Positions 1 to 10,106 of a stretch of DNA of 64,000 bases are shown here, one piece after another. The notes below the pieces were generated by a model that was not told the origin of the DNA, did no database searches, and worked only from the letters and a program-made list of their open reading frames with translations. The translations under genes were made by a program, and so were the position numbers. Each line of letters starts with the position of its first letter. Positions within the stretch are counted from its first letter, which is position 1. The DNA is from Pseudomonadota bacterium (GTDB taxonomy: Bacteria; Pseudomonadota; Alphaproteobacteria; Sphingomonadales; Sphingomonadaceae). The stretch spans positions 9,675 to 73,674 of the forward strand of contig JAXHVK010000001.1 in assembly GCA_034211135.1 (NCBI GenBank). The letters are read 5' to 3'.

Positions 1-23
1 AAACGGGGTTACCGGCAGATGGA

Positions 24-434
24 TTAGCGCTGCTTTTCAACCTCGCGAATGCACGATGTGCGGTCCGTTGCCTTGCCGCCTTGGCGCAAGCGTGCCTCGA
101 CATGGGTGGCAACGGGTTCTGCTCCGGATCGTAAGGGGTAGAGATATATGTCAAGGATGCAGGCATTACCGCTGAACTGCAATTTGCGCGCATCGCCTTC
201 GGACAGGTCGATGCGCGCAGTGCCAAAGCGCCTCAGAAGGGCACCCGCCTGCGCGCCGATTACGCCATCGAGGCCACGCTGCTGCATGACCTGCGGCGCG
301 CGAAAGCCGGTTTGCGGGCTCGTCTGTACGGGACGGGGTGTGGTGGCCTGGCGTGCACTGCTTGAGACTGATGGCTTGCTACCGGCGCAAGCGGTCAAGG
401 CCAGCGCGGCTATGAGGATCGCAGCGCTACGCAC
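24..434 (-). CDS. Putative lipoprotein, conserved hypothetical
   Basis: Probable GTG start at 434; signal peptide ending in lipobox LTA-C, then a Ser/Pro/Thr-rich linker and a folded C-terminus. Confidence 0.6.
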   Translation of the reverse strand: MRSAAILIAALALTACAGSKPSVSSSARQATTPRPVQTSPQTGFRAPQVMQQRGLDGVIGAQAGALLRRFGTARIDLSEGDARKLQFSGNACILDIYLYPLRSGAEPVATHVEARLRQGGKATDRTSCIREVEKQR

Positions 435-1146
435 GTGGGTGCCCTTTGTCGCAACGTTGCATGTTGGCCTGCGCCAGATGGGTTCCGGCGGCTGCACCGA
501 TGACCGGAGCGAACAGATTGATAACCGGCACCAGCATCAGCCCCGCAACCGAGGCGCCCAGAACGAAGCGTTCGAATTTGGGCACCGGATTGCCTTTCAG
601 ATCGCCTTCGCAATGGCGGAACCATGACATATCGGTCAGCTCACGCCCCAGAAGCACCGCATTGACGAACAGGAAAACCAGAGCCGTCCCGATGCCGGTG
701 ATCAGCAGGATCAGCGCGACTGGAAGGGCCAGCGCATTGAAGAACACAGCGCGCGCGGCGCCTTTGGCCGAATTGCCGATATCCTGATGCAGTGGCAACG
801 CTTTCGCCCGGCAAGCCATATCGGGATAATGCCGTGCCTCTACCGCTGCCACAATCTCGTCCGCGAACAACTGGAGCACTGCCAGAGCCACGATCCGGAA
901 CAGCAGCCAGAACCCGATTATGCCAATCACAAACGCAGCAAATGCGATTGCGGGACCGGCATAGCCTTCTGGCAGGAGGGGTTGCAGCAAAGCCGTGCCC
1001 CAGCTGTCGATCAACCACCAAAGTCCAAAGCCAAGACCCGCGAAAACCAGCAGGGTCACGCCAATCGTCTTCGCCAGCACGTGTAGCACCGCCGGATCGG
1101 CAAGCTGGCCAACCGCTTTGGCAAGGGCATCGAAGACTATGCGCAT
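427..1146 (-). CDS. EI24/CysZ-like membrane protein
   Basis: Several hydrophobic segments and a GRELTDM motif typical of EI24-domain proteins; start trimmed to ATG 1146. Confidence 0.7.
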   Translation of the reverse strand: MRIVFDALAKAVGQLADPAVLHVLAKTIGVTLLVFAGLGFGLWWLIDSWGTALLQPLLPEGYAGPAIAFAAFVIGIIGFWLLFRIVALAVLQLFADEIVAAVEARHYPDMACRAKALPLHQDIGNSAKGAARAVFFNALALPVALILLITGIGTALVFLFVNAVLLGRELTDMSWFRHCEGDLKGNPVPKFERFVLGASVAGLMLVPVINLFAPVIGAAAGTHLAQANMQRCDKGHPRA

Positions 1147-1265
1147 GATGGAATTGCGATGCCCTTTGCAAAGCCTTCGTGTCAAACCGCTTGGCCTCCT
1201 GCGCCCGTCCGGCTAGGCGCTTGCCCACAGCTATCACGCAAACGAATTCAAAGGACGAAAACCCT

Positions 1266-2258
1266 GTGACCGAACCCCGCTATGATGTCATCGCTATCGG
1301 CAACGCCGTGGTGGATGTGATTGCCTCTTGCGAAGAGGAGCTGATCAGCGAACTCCAGCTTAACCGCGGCGGGATGACTCTGATTGATGAGGCGCGCGCT
1401 GACGAGCTTTACGAAGCCATGCCGCCTGCGCGCGAAATCTCCGGCGGATCTGCAGCGAACACCTTGGCGGGGCTTTCAACGCTTGGTCTGCAATGCGCAT
1501 TCATCGGTCAGGTGGCTGATGATCAGCTTGGCAAAGTGTTCCGCCACGACATGCGCGCCACGGGTATCGATTTCGATACGGCCGCCCGCGATGGGGAGCC
1601 GGCCACCGGGCGCGTGCTGATCTTCGTGACACCCGATGGCGAGCGCACGATGAACACCTTCCTTGGCGCGGGGCAGTTCCTGCCGAAAGAGGCGCTGGAC
1701 GAGGAACTGATTGCGAGCGCGGCGATCCTCTATCTCGAAGGGTATCTGTGGGACCCGGAAGAACCGCGTCAGGCCATGCGCCGCGCTATCGAGGTTGCCC
1801 GCGCAGCCGGTCGGAAGGTTGCCTTCACCGCTTCCGAAAGCTTCGTGATCGAACGCCACGGCGACGATTTCCGCGCTATGATTGATCAAGGGCTGATCGA
1901 CATCCTGTTCGTCAATGAGAGCGAGCTTGCTACGCTGACCGGAGAGAGTGATTTTGAAGCCGGCGTTGACAAGGTCGCCGGAAAGGTGCCGGTCCTTGTC
2001 GCGACAAAGGGTGAGCATGGCGCTATCGCAATCGCTCACGGCGAACGAGCCGAAGTTGCAGCGGAGCCCATCGACAAGGTCGTCGACACAACAGGCGCAG
2101 GCGATCAGTTCGCGGCGGGCTTCCTTTCAGGTTATGCGAAGGGCGCGCCGCTCGCTGAATGCCTCAAACGCGGTGCCATCGCGGCAGCCGAAGTGATCGT
2201 CCATTATGGCCCGCGCCCCGAAGCCGACATGAAGGCGCTGATGGCGGATAAGCTTTAG
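1266..2258 (+). CDS. Adenosine kinase / PfkB family carbohydrate kinase
   Basis: PfkB signatures GGSAAN and DTTGAGD; GTG start at 1266. Confidence 0.88.
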   Translation: MTEPRYDVIAIGNAVVDVIASCEEELISELQLNRGGMTLIDEARADELYEAMPPAREISGGSAANTLAGLSTLGLQCAFIGQVADDQLGKVFRHDMRATGIDFDTAARDGEPATGRVLIFVTPDGERTMNTFLGAGQFLPKEALDEELIASAAILYLEGYLWDPEEPRQAMRRAIEVARAAGRKVAFTASESFVIERHGDDFRAMIDQGLIDILFVNESELATLTGESDFEAGVDKVAGKVPVLVATKGEHGAIAIAHGERAEVAAEPIDKVVDTTGAGDQFAAGFLSGYAKGAPLAECLKRGAIAAAEVIVHYGPRPEADMKALMADKL

Positions 2259-2331
2259 GCGCTAGCGTTCTCAAGCGACATGGACCGCATGTTACACGGT
2301 CCTGTGTAAGAAAACCCGTTCTCAAATAGAA

Positions 2332-2363
2332 GGTTCTGACAGTTTGAAAGAGCTGTCAGAACC
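2332..2363. terminator. Hairpin between convergent genes, probable terminator
   Basis: Perfect 11-bp inverted repeat GGTTCTGACAG-N10-CTGTCAGAACC between the kinase stop and the purD stop. Confidence 0.45.
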
Positions 2364-2417
2364 GATAACGATGCGACTGGCTGTAGGAAACCGCGCGGCG
2401 GGCTGCCACCATTGGCG

Positions 2418-3689
2418 TTAGCCGTTTGACTGCGCCTCCCGCGCCACTTCTTTCCAGCCGATATCGCTGCGGTAAAATCCGGTGGGGAAGTCCACTTTCG
2501 CGACCGCTCCATAGGCCGCCGCCTGCGCTTCAGTCACATTCGCGCCGCTGGCGGTTACGTTGAGAACGCGGCCTCCGTTGGAAGTGTAGGCCCCTGCGTG
2601 TCCGGCTGTGCCGGCATGGAAGACCTTTGCGCCGTCTTCACTTTCCAGCGTGCCCAAGTCGATTCTGCCGCCCTTTTCAGGCGTGCCTGGATAGCCGTTG
2701 GCGCACATAACCACGGTTAGCGCGGTGTCATCCGAGAATTCCGCTTCCACAGTGCCGAGTTCTCCCTTCGCGCAGGCCAGCATGATTTGCGCAAGATCGC
2801 TTTCCAGCCGCATCATCAGCACCTGGCACTCGGGATCGCCAAAGCGGCAGTTGTATTCGATCAGCTTTGGCCCGTCCGCCGTCAGCATCAGCCCCGCATA
2901 AAGCACGCCGGAATAGGGCATTCCCTCCGAGCGCATGGTATCGACGGTGGGGCGGATGATTTCATCGATCACACGGCTTTGCAGTTCTGTTGTCAGAACA
3001 GGGGCAGGCGAATAAGCACCCATGCCGCCGGTGTTGGGGCCGACATCGCCTTCGCCGACCTGCTTGTGATCCTGCGCAGTGCCAAAGGGCAGGATGCTTT
3101 CCCCATCAGTCAGGGCAAAGAAGCTGGCTTCTTCCCCTTTCAGGAATTCCTCGATCACGACCTCTGCGCCAACAACCTCGAACATGTTGGCGAGCGTTTC
3201 TTTCGCGCTTTCCAGCGTCTCGGCGATCACAACGCCTTTGCCACCCGCAAGCCCGTCTGCCTTCAGCACGTAGGGCGGCTTGAAGCCTGACAGGGCCGCC
3301 TGCGCGTCCTCCAGTGTTGCCGTGCGCACATAGGCGCCAGTGGGAATATCAGCCTGCTCGCACAGGTCTTTGGTAAAGCCCTTGGACCCTTCCAGTTGCG
3401 CCGCTTTGCCCGACGGGCCGAATACGGCGATGCCTTCGCCGCGAAGTGTATCGGCCAGACCATCGACCAGCGGAGCTTCCGGCCCGATCACAACCAGATC
3501 AATCGCTTGTGCCCTGCACATTTGCAGCACTGCCTTATGATCGTCGGCGTTCAGAGTGACCAATTCGGCCTCTTGAGCGATGCCGGGATTTCCGGGGGCA
3601 GCGATCAGTCGCGTTACGCTGGGGGATTGCGCCAGCTTCCACGCCAGCGCATGTTCGCGCCCTCCCGAACCCAACAGCAGGACTTTCAT
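2418..3689 (-). CDS. purD: Phosphoribosylamine--glycine ligase
   Basis: N-terminus [19 protein letters not shown], plus [18 protein letters not shown] and RFGDPECQ. Confidence 0.97.
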   Translation of the reverse strand: MKVLLLGSGGREHALAWKLAQSPSVTRLIAAPGNPGIAQEAELVTLNADDHKAVLQMCRAQAIDLVVIGPEAPLVDGLADTLRGEGIAVFGPSGKAAQLEGSKGFTKDLCEQADIPTGAYVRTATLEDAQAALSGFKPPYVLKADGLAGGKGVVIAETLESAKETLANMFEVVGAEVVIEEFLKGEEASFFALTDGESILPFGTAQDHKQVGEGDVGPNTGGMGAYSPAPVLTTELQSRVIDEIIRPTVDTMRSEGMPYSGVLYAGLMLTADGPKLIEYNCRFGDPECQVLMMRLESDLAQIMLACAKGELGTVEAEFSDDTALTVVMCANGYPGTPEKGGRIDLGTLESEDGAKVFHAGTAGHAGAYTSNGGRVLNVTASGANVTEAQAAAYGAVAKVDFPTGFYRSDIGWKEVAREAQSNG

Positions 3690-5172
3690 GGCGCGTTCCC
3701 CTTCTTCTCGCACGCAAAATCAGACGGATGGCCTCGTAGCGCGTGAGCGGCAGGGCGACAACGCCGAGCCGTTGACGATCAGCGCGATTTCCCAAGCCTT
3801 GAAGCGCACGGTTGAAGATCGCTTTGGCTATGTCCGCCTTCGCGGGGAGCTTTCGGGCGTCAAACGCGCTGCGTCCGGCCACATGTATTGCGCGCTGAAA
3901 GACGATAAGGCTGTGATGGACGGGGTAATGTGGCGCGGCAACGCACAGCGGCTGGCCTTCGCGCCCGAGGACGGGCTGGAGGTGATCGCGACCGGCAAGC
4001 TGACGACCTATCCGGGCCGTTCGAAATATCAGGTCGTGATCGACAGTCTTGAGATCGCGGGTGAGGGCGCTTTGCTCGCCCTGTTGGAGAAAACCCGCGC
4101 AAGGCTGGCGGAAGAAGGGCTGTTTGACGACCGGCGAAAGCGGCGTCTGCCGTTCCTTCCGCGCACCATTGGTGTGGTTACCTCACCAACCGGATCGGTT
4201 ATTCGCGATATCCTCCACCGGTTGGCGGACCGGTTTCCAAGTCATGTGGTTGTCTGGCCGGTTCTGGTCCAGGGGCAGGGCGCGGCAGAGCAGGTGGCGA
4301 ACGCGATACGCGGCTTTTCCGCCTTGGGGGCGGGCGGTCCGGTTGCGCGCCCCGATGTCGTGATCGTTGCGCGTGGCGGCGGATCAATCGAGGATTTGTG
4401 GAGCTTCAACGAAGAAATCGTAGTGCGCGCAATAGCCGAATGTTCCATTCCGGTTATTTCCGCCGTCGGGCACGAGACGGATATGACGCTGGCGGATTAC
4501 GCTGCTGACCGACGTGCGCCAACACCCACTGCGGCTGCGGAGATGGCAGTTCCGGTGCGCGTTGATCTGAATGCGACGCTCGCCGATTTCGCGGCCCGTC
4601 AGCGCCGCGCTGTGCACCGTCCGGTGGAATTGGGGCGCGAAAGGCTGGAGGCGCGTGTGCGCCGCATGCCGCGTCCCGAAGTGCTGTTGCAACCACAGGC
4701 GCAGCGGCTTGATGATCTATCCGAACGGCTGCGGCGCGGCCTCACTACGCGCGCAGGACAGGGGCGGGAGCAATTGGCAGGCGTGGCAGCGCGCCTTTCT
4801 CCCGCTATTCTCCATCGGGCCAGTCGCGATGCGGCGCAACGTTTGCAATCAGCCCGACTGGTGCCTGCACTGGTAGAGCGGCCTTTGGCGCAATCTCGTG
4901 ACAGGCTCGCAGCGCTTTCGCGTCTCGCGAGCCAGTTGCACCCTGAGAAGCCGCTGGAGCGGGGATATGCAATCGTCCGCGATGCTGCCGGTAAAGCTTT
5001 GACGAACCGTATGCAGGCAGCACAGGAAGCCACTTTGTCTCTGCAGTTCCGCGATGGTTCTCTTGGTGTCGCCGCAGCGGGCTCATCGCCGCCGCCTGCA
5101 CCGCCAGCGAAACCCCGGCGAAAGTCAAAGCCTACGCCTGCCACTGATGCGCAAGAAGATTTGTTCGGATAG
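3688..5172 (+). CDS. xseA: Exodeoxyribonuclease VII large subunit
   Basis: OB-fold N-terminus ([16 protein letters not shown]), [11 protein letters not shown] and GHETD, C-terminal LERGY; start at ATG 3688 inferred. Confidence 0.95.
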   Translation: MARSPSSRTQNQTDGLVARERQGDNAEPLTISAISQALKRTVEDRFGYVRLRGELSGVKRAASGHMYCALKDDKAVMDGVMWRGNAQRLAFAPEDGLEVIATGKLTTYPGRSKYQVVIDSLEIAGEGALLALLEKTRARLAEEGLFDDRRKRRLPFLPRTIGVVTSPTGSVIRDILHRLADRFPSHVVVWPVLVQGQGAAEQVANAIRGFSALGAGGPVARPDVVIVARGGGSIEDLWSFNEEIVVRAIAECSIPVISAVGHETDMTLADYAADRRAPTPTAAAEMAVPVRVDLNATLADFAARQRRAVHRPVELGRERLEARVRRMPRPEVLLQPQAQRLDDLSERLRRGLTTRAGQGREQLAGVAARLSPAILHRASRDAAQRLQSARLVPALVERPLAQSRDRLAALSRLASQLHPEKPLERGYAIVRDAAGKALTNRMQAAQEATLSLQFRDGSLGVAAAGSSPPPAPPAKPRRKSKPTPATDAQEDLFG

Positions 5173-5196
5173 ACCCAACCTGCTAAGGGACGCCCT

Positions 5197-5400
5197 ATGT
5201 TGATGTCTTCCTCCGAAAAACCGGCAAAGTTGTATTACGGTCCCTCGACCTTCCGTGTTCTGCGCCCGGGCCAGCACGTTGTTTGCGCGGTATCCGGTGA
5301 GATCATTCCGCTGGAAGAATTGCGGTATTGGAGCGCGGAGCATCAGGAGGCCTACGCTTCCTGCGAAATCGCGACCAAGCGTCTTCTCGGCGAGGGTTAG
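5197..5400 (+). CDS. DUF2093-like small protein
   Basis: F-x-V-L-x-P-G-x-x-V-x-C-A-V-S-G...L-R-Y-W pattern; this family is commonly found downstream of xseA in alphaproteobacteria. Confidence 0.8.
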   Translation: MLMSSSEKPAKLYYGPSTFRVLRPGQHVVCAVSGEIIPLEELRYWSAEHQEAYASCEIATKRLLGEG

Positions 5401-5404
5401 GCGC

Positions 5405-6337
5405 GTGGCATTTCAGCGGATTCTTGCCGTCGGAGTGATGGCTCTGACCGCTTGCGCAGGAGGCGAGGCTGCCTCAACCGATCCGGCACCCGAAACAGCG
5501 ACAAGCAATCAGCCCGCAATCATCGAAGCTGAGGTAGCGGACGCGCCTCCGACTCAGCCATCACCGGAGCCTGTTGCACCGCCCGAGATCAGCATCACCG
5601 AAGGCAAGCTGACGCAGGGCGGCTTTATTCGCGGCTCCCTTCCAGCGGACACGGCCCGCGCGACATTGGGCGACGAGGCGATCGAGTTTACCGACACAGG
5701 CAGTTTCTTCGCCGCATTCGATCGCGACAGCGGCGGCAAGCTGACGCTGAAAGCCACTTTGAACAGCGGAGAGGTTGTCGCAAAAGAGCTGACAGTCACG
5801 CCCCGCGAATGGAAGATCCAGCGCGTGAACGTCGCCAAGGGTACGGGCCGGTCAAGCGAGGCGTGGTGGCAAAAGCGCAAACCAGAATGGGAAGCCATCA
5901 ACGCTGCACGCGCCAAGCAAACCGCCGCTGATGGATGGAAGCAGGACTTTATCTGGCCGGTAAAGGGGCGCATTTCCGGACTGTTCGGTCGCCAGCGCAT
6001 CTATCGCGGGGAGCCGGGCTCCTACCATTCGGGAATCGATATCGCGCCGGGTAATGGTGTTCCGTTCGTCGCACCTGCCGATGGTGTTGTAGTGCTTGCC
6101 CGGACGGGTTTCAGCCTTGAAGGCAATCTGATTATCATTGATCACGGTGCCGGTTTGAACAGCGCTTTCCTTCACGCCTCCAAGATTGCCGTGAAGGAGG
6201 GTGAGGCGGTGAAGCAGGGCCAGTATATCGGCAATGTCGGCTCTACTGGGCGTTCCACCGGACCGCATTTGCACTGGGGTCTGAAATGGAACAGTGCGCG
6301 GCTCGATCCGTTGCTGTTCACCGGCCCGATGGACTGA
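5405..6337 (+). CDS. M23 family metallopeptidase (lipoprotein)
   Basis: HSGID and STGPHLHW zinc motifs; lipobox LTA-C; start is GTG 5405 or ATG 5438. Confidence 0.88.
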   Translation: MAFQRILAVGVMALTACAGGEAASTDPAPETATSNQPAIIEAEVADAPPTQPSPEPVAPPEISITEGKLTQGGFIRGSLPADTARATLGDEAIEFTDTGSFFAAFDRDSGGKLTLKATLNSGEVVAKELTVTPREWKIQRVNVAKGTGRSSEAWWQKRKPEWEAINAARAKQTAADGWKQDFIWPVKGRISGLFGRQRIYRGEPGSYHSGIDIAPGNGVPFVAPADGVVVLARTGFSLEGNLIIIDHGAGLNSAFLHASKIAVKEGEAVKQGQYIGNVGSTGRSTGPHLHWGLKWNSARLDPLLFTGPMD

Positions 6338-6386
6338 CCATGCTTGATGCGTCGCCCGAACGCGTGCGCCGGGCCTGAATTCACCG

Positions 6387-7439
6387 ATGCGCCGCATACT
6401 TCTTATCATTGTGCTGATGATCATGATCGCGCCGGGCACATGGCTGCGATCAGAGGCGCCTTACAGGCCGCCGATTGACATCACGCTCTCGCAGGTCATG
6501 GGCGCGGCCGATGAAGCGCAAGGCGCGTGGCGTCGAATGGGCGTGTGGGAATACAGCGCAGACAATTACCTGTTCGGAGGATATTCCGCCCTGATCGCGC
6601 TGCCGGATGACAAGCTGATCGCCTTTTCAGACCGCGGCATGCGCTTTTCCCTGATCGAACCGGACAAGCCGCAACCAAAGCAAAGGCCGAGCCAGGCCCA
6701 TCATCCCGCGCACAATGTGAAATTGCAGCGCGTCCCGAAATACAGGGCGCGCTGGTTGTGGGATATCGAATCAGCAACCCGTGATCCGGATACCGGCGAA
6801 TACTGGCTGGGTTTCGAGAATACGCACGCAATCCATAGCTTCGATGAGGATCACGAAGCGCAGGAAGTGCGCCTGCTGACCAAACACGTTGATTGGACCG
6901 TAAATTCTGGCGCAGAAGCCATGACGCGCCTGTCTGATGGACGGTTTGTGCTTCTGCCCGAAGGCAAGCGCGAAGGGCTGATCTTTCCCGATGATCCGAC
7001 GATCAAGGGCGGCGAAATCGGGCGCTTCCCCTATCGCAGTCCCGTCGATGGTTTTGCCGTGGTCGATATGGTTCAGCTGCCCGATGGGCGCTTGTTGTTG
7101 CTGCTGCGCAATCTGGTGTGGGGTCTGCCGCCTTTCGACAGCCTGCTGGCGGTGACTGACCCGCCGGTGGCGGGACAGGAAGAGCCGCTGACGCCCAAAG
7201 TCGTGCTGGATCTGGAAGATCTGGTGCCTGCCGAAAACTACGAAGGCGTCACGTATAAAGAGCGCGCGGAGGGGACGCTCGATGTCTGGATAATCTCAGA
7301 TGATAATCGCGCGGCGATCCAGCGGACGTTGCTGGCCAAGTTAAGGCTGGACCCTGCCTTGCTTGATCAGCCGGAAGAAAAGCCGGCCAAAGTTGAGAGG
7401 CCAAGCAAAGGTCAGGCAAAACAAAAGGCGCGCGAGTAG
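6387..7439 (+). CDS. Esterase-like activity of phytase family protein
   Basis: Signal peptide and the motifs FGGYSAL, SDRG, NYEG and ISDDN. Confidence 0.7.
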   Translation: MRRILLIIVLMIMIAPGTWLRSEAPYRPPIDITLSQVMGAADEAQGAWRRMGVWEYSADNYLFGGYSALIALPDDKLIAFSDRGMRFSLIEPDKPQPKQRPSQAHHPAHNVKLQRVPKYRARWLWDIESATRDPDTGEYWLGFENTHAIHSFDEDHEAQEVRLLTKHVDWTVNSGAEAMTRLSDGRFVLLPEGKREGLIFPDDPTIKGGEIGRFPYRSPVDGFAVVDMVQLPDGRLLLLLRNLVWGLPPFDSLLAVTDPPVAGQEEPLTPKVVLDLEDLVPAENYEGVTYKERAEGTLDVWIISDDNRAAIQRTLLAKLRLDPALLDQPEEKPAKVERPSKGQAKQKARE

Positions 7440-7452
7440 ACTCGCACGCCCT
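7417..7452 (-). terminator. Rho-independent terminator of rpmB
   Basis: Minus strand GGCGTGCGAG-TCTA-CTCGCGCGCC followed by TTTTGTTTT. Confidence 0.65.
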
Positions 7453-7477
7453 TGTTACCGGTTTAAGCCGTGAAAGC

Positions 7478-7765
7478 TCAGGCTGCGGCTGCAGCTTTCT
7501 TCAGCTCGCGCTTCACCTTCAGCGCGCGGGCTGAAAGCTTGTCGTCCTTGGTCTTGAGCAGCCAGTTGTCGAGGCCGCCATTATGCTCGACCGAGCGCAG
7601 ACCGTGGGTCGATACGCGGAACTTGAAGCTGCGATCGAGGGTCTCGCTCAGCAGCGTAACGTTCTGCAGGTTGGGCAGGAAGACGCGCTTCGTCTTGTTG
7701 TTGGCGTGGCTAACATTGTTGCCAACCTGGCGGCCCTTGCCAGTCAGTTCGCAAATACGCGACAT
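7478..7765 (-). CDS. rpmB: 50S ribosomal protein L28
   Basis: [10 protein letters not shown]...[20 protein letters not shown]; 95 aa from ATG 7765. Confidence 0.98.
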   Translation of the reverse strand: MSRICELTGKGRQVGNNVSHANNKTKRVFLPNLQNVTLLSETLDRSFKFRVSTHGLRSVEHNGGLDNWLLKTKDDKLSARALKVKRELKKAAAAA

Positions 7766-7912
7766 GATATCTCTCGTCTGTTTACAGTGAAGGGCGCGCC
7801 GCCCAAATGGCGGACCGATCACTCGGTTGTCCCGGAAAGCGCGGCGCATAGCGGGGACCGGGCGAATCGTCAATTGATTCGTAGCCAACGGGCCGTTAGC
7901 CACCTGCAGGTA

Positions 7913-8368
7913 ATGACGCGCTGGCCCCTCCCTGAACCTATGGCAATGGCTTTGCAAGCCGCCAGAGATGCGGCTGCGGCCGGGGAGGTGCCTGTTGGCG
8001 CGGTGGTAGTGAAGGGCGGTGAAGTGATCGCAATCGCGGCCAATGCAACGCGCAACCCTCCCGATCCCACAGGGCACGCAGAAATGGTTGCCATCCGCAA
8101 AGCAGCGCAGGCGCTGGGCGATGATCGGCTGACTGGTTGCGATCTTTACGTCACCCTTGAACCGTGCCCGATGTGCGCTGGCGCAATCAGTCACGCGCGG
8201 ATAGCGCGCCTCTATTACGCCGCCAGTGATCCGAAAGGTGGTGCTGTAGAGCACGGCGCGTGCGTTTTCGATCAGCCACAATGCCTCCACCGGCCCGAAG
8301 TGTATTCAGGGATGGGAGAGGCAGAGGCCGCCGAGTTGCTGCGCGCGTTTTTCAAGGAGCGGCGGTAA
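7913..8368 (+). CDS. tadA: tRNA adenosine deaminase / nucleoside deaminase
   Basis: [11 protein letters not shown] and TLEPCPMC zinc-deaminase motifs. Confidence 0.9.
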   Translation: MTRWPLPEPMAMALQAARDAAAAGEVPVGAVVVKGGEVIAIAANATRNPPDPTGHAEMVAIRKAAQALGDDRLTGCDLYVTLEPCPMCAGAISHARIARLYYAASDPKGGAVEHGACVFDQPQCLHRPEVYSGMGEAEAAELLRAFFKERR

Positions 8369-8818
8369 TCACGCCGCCGCCATTGTGCGCAGTTTCAGCA
8401 GCTGCTTGAACCTTGCCTGCGCCCATGAATCCATGAGCTTTACGGCCGATTTCGAAAGGCTGAGATAGACTACGCGGCTATCCGATTTTGATGGAGTCCT
8501 ATCCACCCAACCTTCGTTTTGGAGAACGGTCAGGTGTCTTAGCATGGTGGCTGGTGGACATTCAGCACCGATCTGCACCTGCTTGATTGACGGTCGATCA
8601 TTCGAAAGCTCGCAGCGGTAGATTTCAGTCAATATCGCCCACGCCACTTTGGATTGCCACGATGAGGGGCAAATTTTTCGCCTCAACTCATGCCCTCTGA
8701 CTTCGTCCAGAAGCGCAATGTAATGCTGTTGATCCTTAGAAATTGCACCCGCCCTAGTTGGCGCTGATTCCAAGTCCAGAATCGGACGCATCCACATATC
8801 TTTTGAATATCTTTTCAT
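8369..8818 (-). CDS. MarR-like winged-helix DNA-binding protein
   Basis: HTH (ATMLRHLTVLQNEGWV) followed by the wing motif DSRVVYLSL; strong AGGAGG ribosome-binding site before ATG 8818. Confidence 0.65.
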   Translation of the reverse strand: MKRYSKDMWMRPILDLESAPTRAGAISKDQQHYIALLDEVRGHELRRKICPSSWQSKVAWAILTEIYRCELSNDRPSIKQVQIGAECPPATMLRHLTVLQNEGWVDRTPSKSDSRVVYLSLSKSAVKLMDSWAQARFKQLLKLRTMAAA

Positions 8819-8968
8819 CGCCCCTCCTAAGTATTTATTCTTATTCGATTGGGCGGAGGATGGCACTTATGAAAATCTGAAGTTTACACAAAAAACATCC
8901 ATTTTGAGGGATTAAAATTCAAACCAAGCAGCGTTTCTGCACATGATTTTTGATGAGAAGCAGCAGCC

Positions 8969-9682
8969 TTACATGCCCCGCCAGATTTTCGCCCGCGCTG
9001 AATCTCGCGCGCCATAGCGACGATCATCGCAGCGCGTCGGGCGGAAACGGATTGAGTAGCAAAGCCGCAATTCCTGCAGCCAGCCGCGCTCGTTCAGTTT
9101 CACGCCTACGGCAGAAGCAGGCCAACCCGCATTGGCATCGGCAAAGGCAGTGCGGATGCGACCTGCGGACAGGTCTTTCTCTCGGCTAATGCGATCAAAA
9201 TCGGGAATGCGCAGCGAATCCCACAATACCCTAGTGATCCCGAAATAGGTTTCCGGCTTCTTCGTCATGCAGCTGCCGTGCTTGGCCCATTGGCGTGCGA
9301 TCAGGCTGGCTGAAGGCATGACGCACATATTTCGGCGCAGCTCTGCCGGGGTAAGGGTGTTGCGGCTGCCGCACCATTGCGGCCAGGTGTTTGACCCTTG
9401 CGGCCACAGGCCGTGCACGACCATGCCGAACCGGCCATTGCTACCCGAACACTGGACGCGGTGGCGCGGGGAATTCTCTCGCCGTTTGCAGAATTCCGGG
9501 CTCCAACTGAGCGCCAGTGTATAGCCGGTGGTAGGCACGCGGCGAGGCCGTTGATCGGCGGAGACTTGCGGCACGCTCGACACTTGCGGAGCGCGGCATT
9601 GATAGACCTGCGCATGGGCAGCGCTTGGCGCTACAACGGCAACTAGTGCCAAAAGGTTAGCTGAAGGTGTCCTTTGCTTCAT
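8969..9682 (-). CDS. Ribonuclease T2 family protein
   Basis: LALSWSPEFC, VHGLWP and QWAKHGSC catalytic motifs; signal peptide. Confidence 0.9.
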   Translation of the reverse strand: MKQRTPSANLLALVAVVAPSAAHAQVYQCRAPQVSSVPQVSADQRPRRVPTTGYTLALSWSPEFCKRRENSPRHRVQCSGSNGRFGMVVHGLWPQGSNTWPQWCGSRNTLTPAELRRNMCVMPSASLIARQWAKHGSCMTKKPETYFGITRVLWDSLRIPDFDRISREKDLSAGRIRTAFADANAGWPASAVGVKLNERGWLQELRLCYSIRFRPTRCDDRRYGARDSARAKIWRGM

Positions 9683-10106
9683 CGCGTCTGCCTTTAAACC
9701 ATTGATTGCTTTGAGGGACAAACAAACAGATCAGCGCCGCTGCAGTCAGCGCCGGCTCCAGCCAGTAATGCCATGATACCGCCCAGCCCACCGCACTTGC
9801 AGCCTGAACCATACCCGGCAGATTTATCAGCTTTATTGCACCCATACAGGTGACGAGGATGCGTGCCGGAGATGCGGCAAACAGGAAAATCCACGCGACG
9901 GGGATGAAAGCGATTGAGAAGACAGCCGACAAGGCCACAATCGTCCAGTCCCTGTTCCAACCTTCCCAGGGGATCATAAGCTGATAGATTTCTTGCTGAA
10001 CGGGAAGGCTGGCAAGCCCCAAGACCAGTCGGTTAAGCGCGGCTATCAGGAACAGGGCTGCAAACACCCAGATTGACCAAGGCCGCGGCCCCTTCGCGAT
10101 TGTCAT
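9657..10106 (-). CDS. Hypothetical membrane protein
   Basis: About four hydrophobic segments; stop and start overlap the neighbouring genes. Confidence 0.6.
   Translation of the reverse strand: MTIAKGPRPWSIWVFAALFLIAALNRLVLGLASLPVQQEIYQLMIPWEGWNRDWTIVALSAVFSIAFIPVAWIFLFAASPARILVTCMGAIKLINLPGMVQAASAVGWAVSWHYWLEPALTAAALICLFVPQSNQWFKGRRDEAKDTFS

Noticed and set aside
7478-8368. Extended 270-aa and 261-aa ORFs overlapping at rpmB/tadA
   Set aside because: Upstream in-frame extensions; the real genes start at 7765 and 7913.
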